A stretch of 63,633 bases of DNA, counting the filler, from Reclinomonas americana ATCC 50394 (lineage: Eukaryota), in NCBI GenBank assembly GCA_048213135.1. It is 19 parts of 19 records of this genome, joined end to end, with 100 filler letters (N's around TTAATTAATTAA, not from the genome) between each part and the next. Parts side by side here need not be neighbours in the genome. Positions count along the whole stretch, not along the records: positions 54,319 to 57,661 come from AFZH01024127.1; positions 57,762 to 59,209 come from AFZH01024128.1; positions 59,310 to 62,192 come from AFZH01024129.1; positions 62,293 to 63,633 come from AFZH01024133.1; 15 more parts are not named here. The stretch is one strand, 5' to 3'. The notes under the pieces were generated by a model that worked only from the letters and a program-made list of their open reading frames with translations, ran no database searches and was not told where the DNA came from. Position numbers and translations under genes: made by a program. Position 1 is the stretch's first letter, and the number at the start of each line of letters is the position of its first letter. This document shows positions 57,163 to 63,633 of the stretch, in pieces.

Positions 57163-59200
57163 ATGGAGATGCGAGGATTGCAGAACTTCATCGCGGAGAT
57201 CCGCGGATGTTGCGTTGTGTGTGTGTGTGTGTTGGCGTGTGCGTGCGGGGAGAGGAGATGGACATGTGCGCGCGCGCGCTCGCAGCAGCAGCAGAAGAAG
57301 ACGCGTACGCGACACGTTTGTTCTCTCTGCGTCGCTCTCTCTCATGCGTCGTAGTGAGTGGTGAGACAGGGAGCGATTGACTGCTGGTGTAGTTGAGCAT
57401 GCACTCGTCGATTGTCATGCAGCACGTGATGCAGTTGCAGTGAGGCAGCAGATTCGGTGACGGAGACCGCCGCCCTCTGCAGCTACACATGCACTAGTGA
57501 CTTTACCCCTCTGCTTGCTTGTCTTCATGTGCGTGTGTGTCTCCTTGTCTTGGTATGTGCGTGTGTGAGGACTTGCTCGTCCTTTTGTGAGGTCATGATG
57601 CGTCTTCCTCCCACCCTCGCTCTACTTGGCCCTCGGTGCACACTCCGCTCTCCTCCGACGTNNNNNNNNNNNNNNNNNNNNNNNNNNNNNNNNNNNNNNN
57701 NNNNNTTAATTAATTAANNNNNNNNNNNNNNNNNNNNNNNNNNNNNNNNNNNNNNNNNNNNCGTACGCCGGCGACTACGTCTCGGACGACATTTGGTTCC
57801 GTGTGATCCAAATCGTCACCAACGCCGACACGGCACTCAAGCGATACGCTTCTTCCACGGTGTTGGAGGTGCGTGTCGCAGCATGTCGGTTGTTGCCGAC
57901 GTGATGATAATAATAATGTGATTGCATGTCTTGTGTGTAGGCTCTGGAGTCGCCCGCCGCTCACGAGAACGCCGTCAAGATTGGTGGCTACATCATTGGC
58001 GAGTTCGGTTTCCTCATTGACGATGAGACACCACCAGAGCGCCAGTTCGAGGTGCTGCACACCAAGTTCGCCACGGTCACCAACACCACTCGCGCGATTC
58101 TGCTCAACGCGTTCGCCAAGATCCTCAAGCGTGATCTGGTGCGCCCCACGCGTCAAGTCTGTGCTATTTCACTTGCTGCGCCTTCTGACACGTCGTGTCA
58201 CGATGCATGTGCAGAACAACCGCCGTCTGCAGCAGGCCGTGTTCAAGCTGTTCGACAAGTTCACTGACTCGATGGACACGGAGTTGCAGCAGCGCGCGTG
58301 CGAGCTCAAGGCACTCGTGCAGGCTGGTCCGGGTGTGGTGGTTCGTTCGGCTTGCCGATCATGTGACCGTCAGAGTGAGCACATTGTGATGATGGTTTTT
58401 TCCCGATGTACAGAACTTCACCCTGAGCACGCTGCCCGAGTTCGAGCGCCAGAGCTCACTGCTGAAGCTGATTGAGGAGCGCCAGCGTGCCACCGAGGAT
58501 CGCAACATCTGGGTGGCGGTTAGTTGTTGTTACTGCCAGTTGTGAACCAAATGCCGTACCACAGTTGCTCACCTCCTTTCGTCGATGTACAGGCCGAGGC
58601 TCAGTTCGGCGAGGGTGGTCTGGAGGAGGCCGAGGCGCCGCCGGTTCCGGCAGTGCGCACAAAGGCGGCCAGTGGTGGCGGTGCTGCCGACCTGTTCGGT
58701 GGCGACGACATGTTTGGCTCGAAGCCGAGTGCCCCGGCGGCCGCGGCACCGGCAGCGTCTGGCTCCAGGACCACGGTCGACATTATGGACATTTTCGGTG
58801 GTCCCTCGTCTGCACCAGCAGCCGCCGGCGCAGGTGGCGGTGCCAAGAAGGGTGGCGACTTTATGGACATGTTCGACATGGGCCCAGCGGCGGCGTCTGC
58901 TGGCAGCAGCGGTGGCAGCGTGAACTTCACACCGACCGCCGACAACCTGCAGGCGTACGACGATGTCATTCGCAACGGCGAGGGTGTGGTGCACGACGGT
59001 GAGTCGCCATCTTTTTTTGGATCTGAGGGATTAGGAGGGAGGCGAGGGTCTTATTGTGTCTGTTGATGCAGATCAATTCTTGACCGTGACCTACCGTGGC
59101 AAGTTCAAGGATGGTCGCCTGGCACAAATTGGCTTCTACCTGTACAACAAGTCGAGCGCACAAGTGTCGGAGCTGACTGGCGAGATTGACGAAGTCCACG
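57163..59200 (+). CDS. AP2A: AP-2 complex alpha-adaptin (exon 1 at 57163-57208, middle part at 57762-59200, gapped)
   Basis: [54 protein letters not shown] and [10 protein letters not shown], then a hinge with DLFG/DMFG/DIFG motifs and the start of the ear domain. Confidence 0.92.
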
Positions 59201-59316
59201 GTGAGTGACNNNNNNNNNNNNNNNNNNNNNNNNNNNNNNNNNNNNNNNNNNNNTTAATTAATTAANNNNNNNNNNNNNNNNNNNNNNNNNNNNNNNNNNN
59301 NNNNNNNNNGTGACAG

Positions 59317-62192
59317 GAATCGTGGGAGATATTGCGCCCCTCAAACAAGACCAAGAAAGATCATCTTCAGTTGTATGTCAAGCAGGCCATGGATACGTTG
59401 CGCGAGTGCAATGGTCTCATGGCTGCTCTGCTCCGCAACAACCACCTCTCTGAGGCCGAGATATCATGTGCTGTCGCTGGGTGCCGATCGAAAGGTCTGC
59501 AATTTTGTGTGGCTGTTTCAGTTGCTTGCACTGGTATTGACTAGTTCCACACAGAATCTGGCGATGTGAAGATGGTGGTGAAGGAGGAGACGGAGGTGGA
59601 AGAAGAGAATGATGCCGTCAAGCTTGAAGACAATGCCATCAAGGTACGCAGCAATAGTGCATGAGTAAGAGACGCCTGTAGCGAATGTGCGAATCTTCCT
59701 GGACTCTGTCGAGCGTTAACGTTTTGTGTTTACAGGTGGAAGAAGCCAGCGGGGATGAAGGCGAATCGATGCCGAGAAAGGTACGACGATGCCATAGGCT
59801 GTCTGTGCACGGTTAGTGTTGCAGATATGTTGATTGTGCCGTGGTGTGCGCATTTGCAGCGCGTCAAGCGCGGTCGCCATGCTTTAGATGCGGAGATGAG
59901 CAAAGACGAGCGAATGGTGTTGGACAGACTGCTTGTTGCGTTTGCTTGCCCGTCACACCTCAGCAAGACAGATTAGTTGACACTTCCATGTGCTTGCCTT
60001 TCATAACACCTGCTTCGTGCGTGTGTGTATATTAGCTGTGCAACAAGAGGAAGATACTGGTGATGGCATTCGGCATCATGGCACCTATTCTGAAGGGAAA
60101 CGCCGTCCTCTATCATCAGCGCGTTCTCGCTGAACTCGCCTGCAAGGAGTGTGGCATTTCTTCATCAGGAGCTGGCTCTCCGTCTTCCGTAGTCATGGAC
60201 TCATTCGGCAAGTGTCTTGGCGATTTCGTCAATAATGCACGCAAGGGCACGCCTAAGTCAGTTGCAGGAGTGCTCCAGAGCATGAGCAAGTTCATCGAGG
60301 TGAGCATGTGCCTGTTTCAGTCGATATCACACGTGACTGGAAATAGAGTCAACCTCGCTGCATGATTCAACTTTGTAGAAGAGCGAGCTGCGCGGCGCCG
60401 CTCTGGCGAATGCCATCGAGAGACCACTGATTGTGGTGGATGAACGGGGCCATTCTGAGGTGCGCCAACTTTCACTGTGCGCTTTTTGTACTTCTGCTTT
60501 GAGTTGTTGACTTACATGCTTCTTCCACGATGTCGGTCGTGCTGCAGGAGTCATGGAAGACGGTGGCGAGAAAAGGGAAGAGCAACGACCGTCTCCTGCC
60601 GCTCATCGCCCAAGCCGCGCAGGCCCTGCATGAGTGTCCTGGCTTGCAAGTGTCGTTGATTCGAGACGGCTGTCTCTCGGAGGCGGAGATCGCACGGGCC
60701 GTCGAGTGGTGCGCCGAAAGAGGTCTGATGGCATCGAGTACGTCCTACCGTGCATTCTCAGGACTGACAAGTGAGATGCAGCTCTGCTGGAGGCGAAGGT
60801 GATGAAAAAAGAAGAGATGAAGGAGGAAGAACAGGAGGATGATACGAGGGAGGAAATGGACGACGATGAGGACGAGGATATGGGCGATGGTGAGAGGAGC
60901 AAGGTACGACCATGGATGGTGGAGTGGGTGCACATTGTGGCATGTTCCCATGGTGCGCATTCACAGCAACGAGGGAGTGGTTCCGCGGCGATGAGCAAGG
61001 ATGAACAGCTGTTGCTGGCGAGGCTTCTTGTTGCGTGTGTTTGCATTTATGTCCTTCTCTGGCAGTCGTCTGGCTGATTGAATGACCGATGTGTTCCATG
61101 CGGGAGCAGTGCTGCAACAAGAAAAAGATACTGGTGAAGGCTTTTGGCATTATGGCACCGACCGTGATGGGATCCACAGTTCGCCATCACAAGCACGCTC
61201 TTTTTGAACTCGCCTGCAAGGAGTGTGGCGTCCCTCCATCGAAAGCAAATTGTCTGTCGTCGGCAGTCATGAGCTCATTTGGCAAGGGTTTTGTCAGTGT
61301 CGTCGAGTTGGCACGCACTAGAACGCCCAAGTCAGTTGAGGGAGTACTTCAGATGATGAGCGATTTTATTGAGGTGCGCAGCGTCCATGTTACTAATCGA
61401 GCCACCGCTTAAGTATGTACCGCAATGCAGAAGAGTGAACTGCGTGGTGTTGCTCTAGCTGACGTCATTGAGAGACCTGTGGTTGTGGTGGATGAGCGCG
61501 GCCTTTCGGAGGTATGCCCGCCTTGCGCTCTGTGTACGTTGTATCTCGTGAATGGTGTTTTCTCACATTCTGTGCTCTGGAATTCGGTTGTCAGGAGTCA
61601 TCGCGCTTGCCGAGGATGCAGCTCAACAAGCAATACCCTCTTCTGCCATTTGTCACACAGGCCGTGGAGGCTCTCCACAGCTGCCCTGGTCTGCTGGCCA
61701 CTCTGCTCCGAGACGGCTGTCTGTCCGAGGTCGAGATTGCACGCGCCGCCGAGTGGTGTAGTGAACAAGGTTTGGCTACATATCTCTCTCATTGCGGCAG
61801 AGTGTTCGTGCTGACAAGCAAGTGAACAGCCGTGAGGGAGAGGGAGATGGTGAAGAAAGAGGAGAAGCAGGAGGAAGAGGAGGAGGATGAGGACGATGGG
61901 AAGGTACGCCCCATCGCCCGTTTCCGGTAGATGCGAGTCGGGTTCGTGTCCTAACTCTGTGTGGTTTGCGCTTCACAGCACAGCAAGAGTGGATCTGCGA
62001 AGCTGAGCGTCGATGAGCAACTAATGCTGGCGAAACTGCTTGTTGCGTGTTGCCGCTATCTCTTTGCATGTTACCGACAATGCCGTTACTCCCATCTGCT
62101 CACCACATCTTGGAGCAGTGCTGCAACAGGAAGAAGATACTGGTGAAGGCATTCGGCCTCATGGCACCCCTGGTGATGCCATCCACAGTCCT
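59317..62192 (+). CDS. unknown protein (or tandem genes) built from at least 3 copies of a ~200-aa Cys-containing helical module with acidic linkers
   Basis: MSKDE..LL.RLL|.CNK.KILV.AFGIMAP...ELACKECG...SFGK...TPKSV.GVLQ.MS.FIE|KSELRG.ALA..IERP..VVDERG.SE|...CPGL...L.RDGCLSE.EIARA.EWC recurs every ~1.0-1.1 kb with identical intron positions. Confidence 0.75.
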
Positions 62193-62292
62193 NNNNNNNN
62201 NNNNNNNNNNNNNNNNNNNNNNNNNNNNNNNNNNNNTTAATTAATTAANNNNNNNNNNNNNNNNNNNNNNNNNNNNNNNNNNNNNNNNNNNN

Positions 62293-63633
62293 CCTACTGC
62301 TCCTCAGCCCTCTTGCCTCTCACAACTGCCCTCTCATTCACATCCTCGCGTATCTCTCGCACATACGTGGCTCACCTGCAGCCTCTCACTCACTTTTCCT
62401 ACTGCTCCTCAGCCCTCTTGCCTCTCGCAACTGCCCTCTCATTCACATCCTCGAGCATCTCTCGCACATACACACAATATACTTCATGGCTCACCTGCCT
62501 CTTCCGCTTTACTTCGTCTCACCTCCCGTCACCCACTGCTTTGTTCTTTCTGCACCACACCATTCACTCTCACGCCAATTCTCTATCACTGTTTCCCCTC
62601 GCCCATATCTCTCTCAACGACAAATGCTCTCTCTCCCATTGTCTCTCTTCTTTCACCGTCGTTCCTCCCTGTCCCCTTCTCCCCCTCCCCCTCCTCCCTC
62701 TCTCTTTCTCCCCCTACCTTCCCTCTTTCCCTCCGTAACACACCGACCACAAATTTGATACGTGCCAGGTGGATCCAGCGTGCACGAGGCGAGAGAGACC
62801 GCAGAAATAATGGAGACCGTGGCCGTTATACGCGTCGGCGACACCGCAATGACCACAAAGGCAGCCGCCCGCAAGTCCATTGACGAAAAGTCGGTGGCGA
62901 CTGAGAGGAAGAATGCCAGTGGTGCGCCGCCAGGTGTGACTGGATTACTGCCATTGGCGGCACTTGTAGCCAGCAATGGAAAGTCACCACCCGACAGGAT
63001 CACCGTCTGTGGCTTGATGCCCTGGGATATGGAAGGCGCCGATGTGCTCTTGACACGATCTGCACGGTCGCCTCATTAGAAGAAAAGGATGCAAATTGAC
63101 AGCAAAATATCTCCAGCAGGCACGCAACAAATGGATACAGATGCCATGCTAAAGTAGCCTGCCAGGTCAGTGGATGAAGGGAACAACTGCTGCTTCGCTG
63201 GTGTTGGCTCTCCAGTCGTGTCGAATGTGAATGTGATGAAATAGGTCGCGCCATCAGGCGCGCTGTTGAAGCCGCTGATGATGGTGGTCACATTTCCGCG
63301 GCAGTCGGCGTTCTTGAACAGTGTAAATGACGGCGTGGCAAAGGGGAATGAGGCCACTGGCACCGTCAACACCACCACTTGTCCAGACAAACCGACACGA
63401 AGACCGATTGTGCTCGATGTTGTTGCACCAGTGACTACGGACAGATGCAGGAGGATGAGAAGGATGATGGATGTGAGCATGATATGCTGGGTGACCCGTA
63501 CCAATAGTGGTCGTGTTGCCGATTGTCACCGTGCATGACGACGCGACGGTTGGGATTGAAAATGTTGGCAATGGTACTGCCAAAACACAACAAGCACATG
63601 AGCATCTCATTTTGACTTCTCCACTCTTCGCCC
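62293..63633 (-). CDS. paralog or allele of part of the IPT/lectin protein (equivalent to ~40950-42209), partial
   Basis: SGQVVVLTVPVASFPFATPSFTLFKNADCRGNV and LSGGDFPLLA.SAANGSNPVTPGG.PLAFFLS are near-identical to 41173-41815, and the flanking introns are recognisably homologous. Confidence 0.85.

Overview
This window is not one continuous piece of DNA. It is 19 segments joined by 18 identical artificial 100-nt linkers (N44-TTAATTAATTAA-N44). Fifteen segments come from an intron-rich, microsatellite-rich eukaryote, probably an aerobic protist. Four segments (16772-18812, 18913-20472, 20573-24723, 47451-48482) are intronless, GC-rich, alphaproteobacterial-looking DNA, most likely a co-assembled bacterium. 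Eukaryotic genes reconstructed by hand-splicing: a 9-exon AlkB-type alkane 1-monooxygenase, a signal-peptide + PH-like protein, FAM91A1, a MadBub (Bub1/BubR1) with a degenerate kinase, a TCAIM-like protein, Nup85, a PWWP+PHD protein, a large IPT/TIG-like repeat protein ending in H-type-lectin-like domains (plus a paralog), a Qc-SNARE, NDUFA9, AP-2 alpha and an unknown tandem-domain protein. Bacterial genes: DsbB, YqaA, tRNA-Leu(CAA), DUF3617-like, RbsD/FucU, TRAP permeases, a sugar-type ABC operon ending in an argininosuccinate-lyase-like gene, and anmK. The most striking unexplained element is a tandem array of at least 13 ~340-bp units (50300-54660). Each unit carries a conserved ~91-nt imperfect hairpin with a UUCG loop followed by a T-run, which makes it a candidate structured ncRNA gene array. 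Also notable: very frequent non-standard GTTGCG 5' splice sites, the MadBub pseudokinase and the spliced alkB. All family assignments are from recalled motifs, not database searches, and exon coordinates are manual.
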